Assembly: GCA_052170555.1 (NCBI GenBank) | Contig: JBQNAI010000005.1 | Span: 63,169 to 127,168, forward strand | Origin: Bacteroidales bacterium | GTDB taxonomy: Bacteria; Bacteroidota; Bacteroidia; Bacteroidales; P3 | Reading direction: 5' to 3' | DNA: 64,000 bases | Shown: piece by piece, positions 41,079 to 51,065 of the stretch | Position numbering within the stretch: the first letter of the stretch is position 1 | How the letters are laid out: each line of letters begins with the position of its first letter | The notes under the pieces: generated by a model | What the model was told of the DNA's origin: nothing | What the model saw: only the letters and a program-made list of their open reading frames with translations | Databases searched by the model: none | Position numbers and translations under genes: made by a program

Positions 41079-41660
41079 ATGAAGTTAACAAAAAGAAACA
41101 TAAGTTTATTAATCATAGCAGGCATAATAACAATTTTAGGAGGTTGGACAATAAGTAACTACAATAGTTTAATAACTCTAAATGAAGGATGTTCTTCTCA
41201 ATGGTCCAAAGTAGAAAGTCAATACCAAAGGCGAATGGATCTAATACCTAATCTAGTTGTAACAGTCAAAGGTTACGCAAAGCACGAACAGGAGACTCTA
41301 ACCAAAGTTATAGAAGCTCGTAATCAAGCAACGTCATCATTACAGCAAGGTAATATTGAAGAGGTAGAAAAATCACAAACAGTAATAACATCTGCAATAA
41401 GAGATTTAAAAGTTGTCATAGAAAGATATCCGGATTTGAAAGCTAATGATAACTTTCTTGCATTGCAATCCCAACTGGAAGGAACAGAAAATCGTATTGC
41501 CGTAGAAAGACAACGTTATGCTGATGTGATACAGCGATATAATCAAAAAATTAAAAGCTTTCCTACAAGAATTATAGCAAACATATTCGGATTTAAACAA
41601 AAAGATTATTACATGGCACAAAAAGGCAGTGAAAATGCACCAAATGTGAATTTTGATTAG
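41079..41660 (+). CDS. lemA: LemA family protein
   Basis: 193-aa ORF with N-terminal TM helix and the conserved W..VESQYQRR.DLIPNLV and ERYPDLKAN segments. Confidence 0.88.
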   Translation: MKLTKRNISLLIIAGIITILGGWTISNYNSLITLNEGCSSQWSKVESQYQRRMDLIPNLVVTVKGYAKHEQETLTKVIEARNQATSSLQQGNIEEVEKSQTVITSAIRDLKVVIERYPDLKANDNFLALQSQLEGTENRIAVERQRYADVIQRYNQKIKSFPTRIIANIFGFKQKDYYMAQKGSENAPNVNFD

Positions 41661-41690
41661 CAATTTTTGATATTGTAAAAATACTATGCC

Positions 41691-41770
41691 AATTCATAAA
41701 ATTAATGTGAGACTTTAATAAAATAAAGAGGGACTTTAATTTGTTAGGATGGCACTTTGTTAGGACGACT
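41691..41770 (+). repeat. array of four phased M1-type units upstream of parC
   Basis: attaatgtgagacttt / aataaaataaagagggacttt / aatttgttaggatggcacttt / gttaggacgactt. Each unit ends in (G/C)AC followed by TT(T). Confidence 0.8.
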
Positions 41771-41826
41771 TATAATTTTTATTTGACTATTTGCAAAACA
41801 ACAAAATCTAAAATTAAACTTTACAA

Positions 41827-44394
41827 ATGCAAGAAGGAAACATTAACGAAAAAAATGGTAATAAAGGACGTCAAACGGCATCCATAAGAGGAATGTATCA
41901 AGATTGGTTTTTGGATTATGCCTCTTACGTAATTTTAGAACGTGCAATTCCTCATGTAAATGATGGATTAAAGCCAGTACAACGCCGTATTCTCCATTCA
42001 ATGAATGAATTAGATGACGGTAGATATAATAAAGTAGCTAACATTGTGGGAAATACGATGAAATATCATCCACATGGCGATGCTTCTATCAGTGATGCTA
42101 TCACGGGGTTGGGACAAAAAGAAATTATGATTGATACTCAAGGTAATTGGGGCAATATTTTAACAGGCGATTCCGCTGCTGCTCCTCGTTATATAGAAGC
42201 TCGTTTAAGTAAATTTGCTATTGAAACTTCATTTAATTATAGAACTACGACCTTTCACCCATCATATGATGGTAGAAACCAAGAACCCGATACTCTTCCT
42301 ATCAAATTCCCATTACTCTTGGCACAAGGAGCTAAGGGTATTGCTGTCGGATTAGCTTGTGAGATACTTCCTCACAATTTTATTGAACTTCTAGATGCCT
42401 CTATCTCTATTTTGAAGGATGAACCGTTTGTTATCTATCCAGACTTTCCGACCGGAGGACTTATGGACGTGAGTGAATACAACGATGGAGTAAGAGGAGG
42501 ACGACTTTTGATAAGAGCAAAAATTCAACGTGAAGACGCTAAAACTCTTGTCATAACAGAAATTCCTTATTCCACCACAGCAGACTCCTTAATTGACTCC
42601 ATAGCAAAAGCAAACGACACTGGAAAGTTAAAGCTTAAAAAAATAGAAAACAACACTGCTCAAAACGTAGAGATAAGATTACATTTACCCAATGACGTTT
42701 CATCAGACCAAACAATAGATGCACTATTTGCTTTTACGGACTGTCAAAAAAGTATATCTCCTAACTCATGTGTCATTGACAATCAGCGACCTTGCTTCAT
42801 GCCTATCAGTGATATCCTACGAAGAAACACACAAACAACTGTTGATTTATTGAAAAAAGAGTTAGAATTAGAATTAAATGACTTAAAAGAGCGATGGCAA
42901 TGGATTAGTTTGGAGAGAATCTTCATTGAAAATGAAATTTATGAGGATATAAAACCATGTACAACTGATGATTCTATAAATTCAACCATTTTCAAGGGGC
43001 TGGAGCCTTTTGTTAAAGGACTTATCAGAGACATTACCTTGGATGATATCCTGCATTTGCGAAAAATACCCATAGATCGCATATCCAAATACAATAGTGC
43101 CAAATCACAAAATGATATTGAGGCGATAGAAACAGATATACAGGAGGTTAAAAACAATCTTTCACATCTTACCGACTACGCAATTAGATGGTTCAAACAT
43201 ATTAAGGAAAAATATGGCAAAGGTAGGGAAAGAAAAACTGAGATTAGGTCATTTCATCATATTGAGGTTTCCTTAGTGGCGGCAGCGAGTGAGAAATTAT
43301 ATTGTAACTTCAATGAAGGTTTTGCTGGCTACAAACTTAAAGGAGAAAACGTGCAATATATTTGTGATTGCTCTACGCTTGACGATATCATCGTGGTAAG
43401 GCAAAACGGTACGTATGTGGTTAAAAAAATCAGTGAGAAAGATTTTGTCGGTAAAGATATAATTCACATTGCCGTATTCAAACGTAACGATGACCGTACA
43501 ATATATAACATCATGTATAACAATGGTCCTTACGGTAGATGCTTTGCTAAACGTTGTGCCATCACAGGAGTTATTCGTGATAAGGAATATGATTTTACGC
43601 AAGGGGTGAAAGGCTCTACAATACTATATTTTTCGGCCAATCCTAACGGAGAGGCAGAAAAGGTTACGGTATATCTGAAAGCTAGACAGCGAATGCGCCG
43701 TTTAAGTTTCATATATGATTTTGCCAAACTTTCCATTAAAGGAAAGAATGCACAAGGAAATGTTGTTGACCCCAATCCTGTTCGTCGTATTAGTAAGAAA
43801 ACAGGAGGTGTGTCTACTCTCCAGGCTCAGAAAATATGGCTTGACACATCCATTATGCAATTAAATACTTTGGAAAGAGGAAATCTTTTGGGCAAATTCA
43901 AAGGAGGAGACAAAATTATTATAATAACACAAAACGGAACATATAGAATAACAGATCCAGATTTGAATTTACATTTTGATGATGACACTCTATTAGTGGA
44001 AAAATACAATCCGAACAAACCTATCACCGTAATATATTGGGAAAACAAGGCTTCGGCATATTATATTAAACGATTTGTTCCCGAGATATTATCAAACGAC
44101 AGAGTGTCTTTCCTTGATAGTGAAACAAGTTCTCTAAAATATTGTCTTACCGACTGGCTAGGTCAAATCAGTATCAATGGTGAAACTAAGCAAGTAACAG
44201 AATTAGTAGACATAATGAAACATAAAGCAAAAGGAAAGAAAATTAGTAAAGATAAAAAAACAAAAATCAAAGTTCTTGACCCTATACCTTATGAAGAACC
44301 TATACAAGAAGGGGATAAAGAAGATATTCAGAAAGATAACTTCTTTGAAGAAAAATTAGAAGAGGATAAAGGTGTACAAGGGTCCTTATTCTAA
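41827..44394 (+). CDS. parC: type IIA topoisomerase subunit A, ParC-type (topoisomerase IV)
   Basis: 855-aa ORF with NDGLKPVQRRIL, HPHGD, and catalytic-Tyr segment AAAPRYIEARL. The C-terminal domain lacks an obvious GyrA box. Confidence 0.8.
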   Translation: MQEGNINEKNGNKGRQTASIRGMYQDWFLDYASYVILERAIPHVNDGLKPVQRRILHSMNELDDGRYNKVANIVGNTMKYHPHGDASISDAITGLGQKEIMIDTQGNWGNILTGDSAAAPRYIEARLSKFAIETSFNYRTTTFHPSYDGRNQEPDTLPIKFPLLLAQGAKGIAVGLACEILPHNFIELLDASISILKDEPFVIYPDFPTGGLMDVSEYNDGVRGGRLLIRAKIQREDAKTLVITEIPYSTTADSLIDSIAKANDTGKLKLKKIENNTAQNVEIRLHLPNDVSSDQTIDALFAFTDCQKSISPNSCVIDNQRPCFMPISDILRRNTQTTVDLLKKELELELNDLKERWQWISLERIFIENEIYEDIKPCTTDDSINSTIFKGLEPFVKGLIRDITLDDILHLRKIPIDRISKYNSAKSQNDIEAIETDIQEVKNNLSHLTDYAIRWFKHIKEKYGKGRERKTEIRSFHHIEVSLVAAASEKLYCNFNEGFAGYKLKGENVQYICDCSTLDDIIVVRQNGTYVVKKISEKDFVGKDIIHIAVFKRNDDRTIYNIMYNNGPYGRCFAKRCAITGVIRDKEYDFTQGVKGSTILYFSANPNGEAEKVTVYLKARQRMRRLSFIYDFAKLSIKGKNAQGNVVDPNPVRRISKKTGGVSTLQAQKIWLDTSIMQLNTLERGNLLGKFKGGDKIIIITQNGTYRITDPDLNLHFDDDTLLVEKYNPNKPITVIYWENKASAYYIKRFVPEILSNDRVSFLDSETSSLKYCLTDWLGQISINGETKQVTELVDIMKHKAKGKKISKDKKTKIKVLDPIPYEEPIQEGDKEDIQKDNFFEEKLEEDKGVQGSLF

Positions 44395-44443
44395 GGTTGA
44401 ATATAACAAATAATATACAATAAATCTCAAATTTAAAGCACTA

Positions 44444-45184
44444 ATGAATAAGAAATTTTTATTAATATTGAACCTCATATTAATAAGCTGTTGCGTTTTT
44501 TCTCAAAAAGAAGCAAATACATTTCTAAATAATCAAAGAGAAAAAACAAAAAGAGAAATTATATATCTTATTCCTTCAACCGAATTAATAAGGACAAACA
44601 TAACCACTTTGGATAGTGTTGATGATACCATTGTTTTGAGTATTTTCACACGTGAAATTGTGAATAGTTTGGAGTTTTACGGATTTGAGGTAAGACAAGT
44701 TACCTCTAATCCTACGATATTAAAGGATAATGAACACACATTAGAAATTACACAGGCAGAAATAGAGGAATATTCTTTCTACGATTCAATTAAAGACGAT
44801 TATACCCCAGAACTCAAATTTTACAAGCAACTCAATGGTGTTAGAATAAATATCTGGCTCACCTACAACAAACAAAAGCAAGAAGATAAATTGATTTTTT
44901 ATAATGAAGAGCAAATAACAGACGGCATGGAGGGGTATTTTGAGACTGAAAATTCAAAACAAACGTATGTTAACTATGAAATCGTTCCCATTAATCCAAA
45001 TGACGTATACCTTATTTCTTTTGCTAATGCAAGAAAGTGTGCTGAGTATTTTTTTAATTTTCTTTTGAATCGTTATGTGTATATTCATACGGGAGGTAAG
45101 GACAATAATTTCTACAGCATTTCACCTCAAAGAACATTGTTAAAGAGCAAATACCCCTTTACTTCATTTGATATTATTCAGTAA
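44444..45184 (+). CDS. hypothetical secreted protein
   Basis: 246-aa ORF with signal peptide (VFS|QK). No family recognised. Confidence 0.5.
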   Translation: MNKKFLLILNLILISCCVFSQKEANTFLNNQREKTKREIIYLIPSTELIRTNITTLDSVDDTIVLSIFTREIVNSLEFYGFEVRQVTSNPTILKDNEHTLEITQAEIEEYSFYDSIKDDYTPELKFYKQLNGVRINIWLTYNKQKQEDKLIFYNEEQITDGMEGYFETENSKQTYVNYEIVPINPNDVYLISFANARKCAEYFFNFLLNRYVYIHTGGKDNNFYSISPQRTLLKSKYPFTSFDIIQ

Positions 45185-45220
45185 TAAAAAATTATCAATA
45201 TAATTTCAATATATTAAAAT

Positions 45221-45296
45221 AAAGTGCCGATTCAATAAATTAAAGTGGGACTTTGTTTTGTTAATCTCCCACTTTAATTTGTTGAATCGGCACTTT
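45221..45296. repeat. 76-bp nested palindrome made of M1 units
   Basis: The outer arms aaagtgccgattcaa (45221-45235) / ttgaatcggcacttt (45282-45296) and the inner arms aattaaagtggga (45238-45250) / tcccactttaatt (45267-45279) are both exact reverse complements. Confidence 0.9.
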
Positions 45297-45312
45297 GTTT
45301 TAATATTTTTAG

Positions 45313-45320
45313 TACCTTCG
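45313..45320 (+). promoter_or_regulatory. -7 box variant TACCTTCG
   Basis: One-mismatch TAnnTTTG, 25 nt upstream of the ATG at 45346. Confidence 0.45.
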
Positions 45321-45345
45321 CACCGTATTTTTGAAACAAAGTATT

Positions 45346-46104
45346 ATGACAGAGAGAACATTGCTTTTGGTAGGAGAACAAAGGATGCAAATGCTATCTA
45401 ATGCTTGCGTAATGGTAGCAGGACTGGGAGGTGTAGGAGCTTATGCAGCTGAATCAATAGTTCGTGCCGGTATCAAACGAATTGTCATTTTTGACGGCGA
45501 TATTGTTTCTAATAGTAATATTAATAGACAATTAATTGCTTTACATTCAACCATTGGAATGAGTAAAGCCCTACTTATGGAGCAACGGCTTAAAGATATA
45601 AACCCTGATTGCGAAGTTATTTCAATAAAAGAATACATCAAAGACGAACGAATGCCTCAATTATTGAACGATTATTCTCCTGATTGGGTAATTGATGCTA
45701 TAGATACTTTATCTCCAAAAGTTTTTTTACTTGCACATTGTTACAAAAAAAGAATTAAGGTAGTTAGTTCTATGGGAAGTGGGGGAAAATTTGACCCTTC
45801 ACTCGTCAAAATAACAGATATAAGTCAAACTTTTCAATGTCCGCTTGCTCACCATATAAGAAAACTATTGCATAAACAAGGAATATATGAAGGAATAGTA
45901 GCTGTATTTTCTCCTGAACACGTTTCCAAAGACTGTACCATAGAAGAATTGTCTGAAAATAAGAGAACAATAGTTGGAACCATATCCTATATGCCATCAA
46001 TCTTCGGTTTGATGGCAGCAAGCGTTGTAATAAGGGAATTGATGGGTATGAAGAGTTATAAAAGAATTAAGGATAATAAATATTATGAAAATAAAAAGGA
46101 ATAA
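45346..46104 (+). CDS. tcdA: tRNA threonylcarbamoyladenosine dehydratase (ThiF/E1-like)
   Basis: 252-aa ORF with GLGGVGAY Rossmann motif, DGDIVSNSNINRQ and AIDTLS segments of the TcdA/CsdL family. Confidence 0.8.
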   Translation: MTERTLLLVGEQRMQMLSNACVMVAGLGGVGAYAAESIVRAGIKRIVIFDGDIVSNSNINRQLIALHSTIGMSKALLMEQRLKDINPDCEVISIKEYIKDERMPQLLNDYSPDWVIDAIDTLSPKVFLLAHCYKKRIKVVSSMGSGGKFDPSLVKITDISQTFQCPLAHHIRKLLHKQGIYEGIVAVFSPEHVSKDCTIEELSENKRTIVGTISYMPSIFGLMAASVVIRELMGMKSYKRIKDNKYYENKKE

Positions 46105-46150
46105 AAAAACTTTCCTTCACATTCACAACAACAAACACAACAACACTATT

Positions 46151-47830
46151 ATGAATACAATAATTAAAGAAATGATAGAAGTTTTTTGTACTAATAATCA
46201 GTCCAAATTTTTAGTCCCTAGTGGGACTGCTTTGATAGATATTATTGCTTATTCTGGTCTTCAACATCCGCAACACATACTTGGTGCTACAGTGAACAAC
46301 AAAATACGAAATCTTAACTACAAAATTTACTCTCCAAAGACAATTAACTTTCTTGATATATTCAATGCTAACGGCAAACGCATATACTCTATGAGTCTAA
46401 TGTTCCTTTATTATAAAGCAATTAAAGATTTGTACCCGCAAGGCGATGTTCGTATCATGCACTCTATGAATGACGGATATTATACAGAACTTATTGGAAT
46501 AGAAGAACAAACGGAAATAGTCGCAATGAAAGTAAAGGAACAAATGCTTCAACTTGTCAAAGATAATATCCCCTTTGAGCGAAAGATAATTCAAAGCGAA
46601 CAAGCTATCGCTCTTTTCAGATCTATTGGCATGCAACAAAAGGCTAATCTTATCCAAAATAGTGGAGTACTTTATGCTAACATAGATATTTTGGGCGGGA
46701 CAATAAATTCTTTTTTCTTTGAATTAGTACCTTCAACGGCTTACTTAAAAATTTTTGATGTTGTGCCGTTCGAAAATGGACTTATGTTGTTTATGCCTGA
46801 CAATGATAAAGATTATCAAGTTCCTGGAATACTAACTAAACAAGACAAATTGTTCAGTATCTTTTCAGAACATAAAAATTGGGTTGAAGTATTAGGAACA
46901 CCTTATGTATCAGATTTGAATGATATTATTAGAAGTAATCGTACCAATTCGCTTATTCAGGTCAGTGAAGCACTACATGAAAAAAAGTATTCACAAATTG
47001 CAGATAATATCTACAAAAAGAAAGATACTGTTAGAATGGTTTTTTTAGCCGGACCATCATCTTCAGGCAAGACTACGTCTTGTCGCCGTCTTGCTACACA
47101 ACTTGCGGTACTTGGTCTGAATTCCGTACAAATAAGCATGGATGATTATTTCAATGACAGGGAGCATACGCCAAAGGATGAGAAAGGAGAATATGATTTC
47201 GAATGTTTGGAGGCGGTAGACCTTGAATTTTTCAATTATCAAATGCAAGAACTCTTGAATGAGAAAGAGGTTAAGTTACCTAAATTTGATTTTCTCAACG
47301 GTAAAAGGTCGTTCTCAGAAAATAAAATTAGACTAAAAGAAAATTCTATCTTAATCGTAGAAGGCATCCATGCACTTAATCCTCACCTTTCTAAAAATAT
47401 TGCTCGCAAACATAAATACTTTGTTTTTGTCTCTGCACTTACGCAAATTGCATTAGACAAATACAATCTTATTTCCACATCTGACAACAGATTAATTCGT
47501 AGAATAGTCAGGGATAATAATTATAGAGGTGCTTCAGCAGAGGATACATTGTTACGATGGGCAAGCGTTCGTTCTGGAGAGGAGAAACATATATTTCCTT
47601 ATCAAGAAAATGCCGACAGTATTTTCAACTCATCGTTATTATATGAGATAGGACTTCTAAAAAATCATTGCGAACCACTTTTAATGCAAGTCCCACAAAG
47701 TTCTATTGCCTACACAGACGCCCTAAGATTACTAAAATTTTTGAATAATTTTATTTCCATCAACTCAGATTTCATTCCACCGACCTCTATTATGAGAGAA
47801 TTTTTAGGTGGCAGCAGTTTCAAATACTAA
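46151..47830 (+). CDS. TGS-like domain / uridine-kinase-family P-loop kinase fusion
   Basis: Start at MNTIIKEM. The N-terminus resembles the ThrRS-type TGS domain. The C-terminal half has GPSSSGKTT and the PRK/uridine kinase fold. Confidence 0.65.
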   Translation: MNTIIKEMIEVFCTNNQSKFLVPSGTALIDIIAYSGLQHPQHILGATVNNKIRNLNYKIYSPKTINFLDIFNANGKRIYSMSLMFLYYKAIKDLYPQGDVRIMHSMNDGYYTELIGIEEQTEIVAMKVKEQMLQLVKDNIPFERKIIQSEQAIALFRSIGMQQKANLIQNSGVLYANIDILGGTINSFFFELVPSTAYLKIFDVVPFENGLMLFMPDNDKDYQVPGILTKQDKLFSIFSEHKNWVEVLGTPYVSDLNDIIRSNRTNSLIQVSEALHEKKYSQIADNIYKKKDTVRMVFLAGPSSSGKTTSCRRLATQLAVLGLNSVQISMDDYFNDREHTPKDEKGEYDFECLEAVDLEFFNYQMQELLNEKEVKLPKFDFLNGKRSFSENKIRLKENSILIVEGIHALNPHLSKNIARKHKYFVFVSALTQIALDKYNLISTSDNRLIRRIVRDNNYRGASAEDTLLRWASVRSGEEKHIFPYQENADSIFNSSLLYEIGLLKNHCEPLLMQVPQSSIAYTDALRLLKFLNNFISINSDFIPPTSIMREFLGGSSFKY

Positions 47831-47991
47831 CTCTTCTAATAAAATAGTAAAATACTTATTTGTCTAATATACAGTTAGTTTTAGTATTAAACAATCAAAA
47901 AAACGGCGAAAAATTTTGTCATATTTCAAAAATGAAGTAATTTAGCGATCGGAAAATGTGGTGAATATTAACGTTAAAAACAAATAAAGAA

Positions 47992-48684
47992 ATGGAAGCT
48001 AAGAAATCAGAAAGAGCTAATCTTGAAAACAAAAGAGGATTATTTCTTGAAATAGGATTCGTTGTAGCATTAGCTCTCGTTTTGTTTGCTTTTGAATTCA
48101 AAAGCTATGACAAAGTAGAAGAGGCTGCTGTAGTTACAGAGGCAGCAATGGAAGTTGAGGAAATGGTTATCCAAACTCAACAGGAGCAACCCGAGACTCC
48201 TAAACAAGAGGTAGAGCTTTCTACTACGGAATTTGAAATAGTTGCTGATAATGTTGAGATCAAAGATGAATTCAACCTTGATGCCTTGACTAGCAATGTG
48301 AACGGGGATGTATTTATCCCGACTGTTGAAATTAAAAACGATGTTGTGGAAGTTGAAGCAGAGGAGGTAATCTTTACAGTGGTGGAAAGTTCTGCCATAT
48401 TCCCTGGTGGTTCCGCTGAGTTGAATAAATACTTGGCAAGAAATATCAAGTATCCTCAGCAAGCAAGAGAAACAGGAACGCAAGGTAAAGTATATCTAAC
48501 TTTTGTCGTAGAAAAAGATGGTTCTATTACAGATATAAAGATTCTCCGTGATATAGGCTCAGGCTGTGGAGAAGAGGCGATTCGTGTTGTTAAGATGATG
48601 CCGAAATGGACTCCAGCAAAACAAAGAGGAAAGACTGTTAGACAGCAGTTTAATCTACCAGTAAACTTTACTTTACAGGGCTAA
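47992..48684 (+). CDS. tonB: energy transducer TonB
   Basis: N-terminal TM anchor, acidic/Pro-poor linker, and C-terminal TonB domain (YPQQARETGTQGKVYLTFVVEKDGSITD). Confidence 0.85.
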   Translation: MEAKKSERANLENKRGLFLEIGFVVALALVLFAFEFKSYDKVEEAAVVTEAAMEVEEMVIQTQQEQPETPKQEVELSTTEFEIVADNVEIKDEFNLDALTSNVNGDVFIPTVEIKNDVVEVEAEEVIFTVVESSAIFPGGSAELNKYLARNIKYPQQARETGTQGKVYLTFVVEKDGSITDIKILRDIGSGCGEEAIRVVKMMPKWTPAKQRGKTVRQQFNLPVNFTLQG

Positions 48685-48722
48685 AGAGAATAAAATTATT
48701 GTTTTGCGATTTGAAATCAAAG

Positions 48723-48755
48723 AGGTGAAATAGCAAAATGTTGTTTCACCTTTTT
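48723..48755 (+). terminator. rho-independent terminator after tonB
   Basis: aggtgaaa (48723-48730) / tttcacct (48744-48751) stem, followed by tttt. Confidence 0.7.
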
Positions 48756-48813
48756 GGTTGGTGTTTTTTATGATATAATTTCTAATAATAATTCATTAAT
48801 ACCGCAATTTGCA

Positions 48814-48875
48814 AAATTAAAGTGAGACTTTAATAACCTAATATGGGACTTCAGTAAATTAAAGTGAGACTTTAA
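48814..48875 (+). repeat. two identical 20-mers (M1 unit) 42 bp apart
   Basis: aaattaaagtgagactttaa occurs at 48814-48833 and again at 48856-48875, with atatgggacttcag between the copies. Each unit is an 8-bp-arm palindrome (attaaagt-gag-actttaat). Confidence 0.9.
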
Positions 48876-48954
48876 CAATTCGGTTTTCGTAGTCAGTAAA
48901 TTGTTATGAATTATTGATTGTGGAAATGATTATTTTACTTGATTTAATTAAGAT

Positions 48955-50865
48955 ATGATAACGATAAACAATCTTTCTATACATTTCAATGGAGAGAATC
49001 TATTTGATAATGTAAGTTTTACCATAGGTGATAAAGAACGTATTGGTTTAGTAGGGAAAAACGGTGCTGGCAAATCCACACTCTTGAAAATTTTATGTGG
49101 TTTGCAACAAGCAGATAGTGGATCTATAGTAAAAAGTAAGCACCAATCAGTAGGATATTTACCACAAGAGATGATACCTCGTTCAGCTATCAGTGTTTTG
49201 CAAGAAACAATGATGGCTTTTAAAGAAATTAAGACATTACAATCACGTTTGGAAACAATCAATAATGAACTTATTACCCGTAATGATTATAACAGCAATG
49301 AATATGGACAACTGTTATCATTGCAACAAGATATTAATGAAAAACTTATAACAATAGATATTAATAATGCAGAACCTCAAGCTCAAAAAGTCCTGCTTGG
49401 ACTTGGATTTAATCGCAATGATTTCTTTCGAAATATGACAGAATTCTCTTCTGGTTGGCAAATGAGGGTAGAACTTGCAAAAATATTATTGCAAAAACCA
49501 AATCTGATACTTTTAGATGAACCAACAAACCATTTGGATATAGAATCCATTACTTGGCTTGAAGGATTTTTACAACAATATTACGGGGCAATTATATTAG
49601 TTTCACACGACAGATGTTTTTTAGACAATATCACTAAGCGAACTATTGAGATCACGGCTGGAAAAATCTATGATTACAAGACCAATTACTCAGATTATTG
49701 TATTTTGCATGAACAAAGAATGCAATCCCAACAATCTCAAATAATTAATCAACAAAGACAAATAGTAGAGGTAGAAAAATTCATAGAAAAATTCAGATAC
49801 AAAGCTTCTAAGGCAAAACAAGTGCAAAGCAAAATTAAAATGTTAGATAAAATGGAAAAGATAGAAATGGATGAGGTGGATTCTTCTTCCATTCATTTTT
49901 TGTTTCCGCCGGCTCCTCACTCTGGAAAAATTGTTTTAGAAATAAAAGATTTGACGAAATCCTATAATGACAAAAATGTATTGAAAAATATTAATCTTAT
50001 ATTGCAAAAAGGAGAGAAAATTGCATTCATCGGAAGAAATGGAGAAGGTAAATCAACTCTTTCAAAAATCATAGTAGGAGAAATAAACGACTATTCGGGT
50101 ATATGTCATTTAGGACATGATGTAAAAATAGGATATTTCGCACAAAACCAAGCAGCATTACTTGATGGGAATAAAACAGTGTTTGAAACAATTGACGAAA
50201 TAGCGACCGGAGATGCTAGATCTAAGATACGAAATATATTAGGTAATTTCCTATTTGATGATAATGATATAGAAAAAAAAGTTAGAATTTTATCAGGCGG
50301 AGAAAAAACGAGACTAGCTTTAGCTAAGTTACTGCTAAGTTCCGTAAATCTTTTGGTATTGGACGAGCCAACCAATCACCTTGACTTAATTAGTAAAGAC
50401 ATTCTAAAAAATGCACTTATTAAATATAATGGAGCTTTTATTGTTGTATCGCATGACCGCGATTTTTTGGAAGGTCTAACAACTACATTGTACGAATTTA
50501 AAAATCATAATATAAAAGAATACCATGATGATATATATACTTATTTGGAAAAGAAAAAAATACAATCTCTTGATGAATTGAACTACAAACAAAGGACGAT
50601 AAAGGAAAACGAAAAACAAATTAGTCAAAGCAAATTGAATTTTCAAATTAACAAGGAAAAAGGAAAAGAAATAAAGAAAAAACGTAACAAGCTTAAAAGT
50701 ATAGAAGAACAAATAGAAAATACAGAAAACGATATTACAGCTATGGAACAACAACTTAATAATTCACCTGATGCTCAATTTTTCATTAATTATCAACATA
50801 AGAAAGAGATTTTGAACCATTTGATGCAAGAATGGGAAATTTTATGTACCGAAATAGATAACTAA
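48955..50865 (+). CDS. ABC-F family ATPase
   Basis: Two ABC cassettes (GKNGAGKST / GRNGEGKST, SGGWQMR / SGGEKTR, LLDEPTNHLD twice), no TM domain, C-terminal coiled coil. Confidence 0.9.
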   Translation: MITINNLSIHFNGENLFDNVSFTIGDKERIGLVGKNGAGKSTLLKILCGLQQADSGSIVKSKHQSVGYLPQEMIPRSAISVLQETMMAFKEIKTLQSRLETINNELITRNDYNSNEYGQLLSLQQDINEKLITIDINNAEPQAQKVLLGLGFNRNDFFRNMTEFSSGWQMRVELAKILLQKPNLILLDEPTNHLDIESITWLEGFLQQYYGAIILVSHDRCFLDNITKRTIEITAGKIYDYKTNYSDYCILHEQRMQSQQSQIINQQRQIVEVEKFIEKFRYKASKAKQVQSKIKMLDKMEKIEMDEVDSSSIHFLFPPAPHSGKIVLEIKDLTKSYNDKNVLKNINLILQKGEKIAFIGRNGEGKSTLSKIIVGEINDYSGICHLGHDVKIGYFAQNQAALLDGNKTVFETIDEIATGDARSKIRNILGNFLFDDNDIEKKVRILSGGEKTRLALAKLLLSSVNLLVLDEPTNHLDLISKDILKNALIKYNGAFIVVSHDRDFLEGLTTTLYEFKNHNIKEYHDDIYTYLEKKKIQSLDELNYKQRTIKENEKQISQSKLNFQINKEKGKEIKKKRNKLKSIEEQIENTENDITAMEQQLNNSPDAQFFINYQHKKEILNHLMQEWEILCTEIDN

Positions 50866-50886
50866 ACGAATATTTCATGTGATGAT

Positions 50887-50917
50887 GTCTCATTAAAAAA
50901 ATTAAAGTGAGACTTTA
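50887..50917 (+). repeat. M1 unit with inverted partner, downstream of the ABC-F gene
   Basis: aaattaaagtgagacttta (50899-50917) is identical to the first 19 nt of the 20-mers at 48814 and 48856. gtctca (50887-50892) pairs with tgagac (50908-50913). Confidence 0.85.
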
Positions 50918-51065
50918 TTTCAATGAATAACTATTTTGTCTTTATTATTAAGAGTTGGGACTATTCTGTATAAATAATTTGATTAGAGGTTTTTCCTCAT
51001 TGGTAGCTATTTTATTGATAAAATTCCTAATAAATGTATCTTTTTCTTATTTCTTGCGTAGAACA

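Noticed and set aside
41691-41770. Possible CRISPR array (phased short repeats; also considered at 60402-60484 and 48814-48875)
   Set aside because: Units are only 13-21 nt, degenerate, number 2-4 per locus, lack uniform spacers, and there are no cas genes in the window.
45221-45296. Invertible-promoter (inverton) interpretation of the inverted repeats (also 60402-60466, 39493-39530)
   Set aside because: The arms enclose only 14-31 bp, too little to hold a promoter. No recombinase gene is nearby, and the TAnnTTTG boxes lie outside the repeats.
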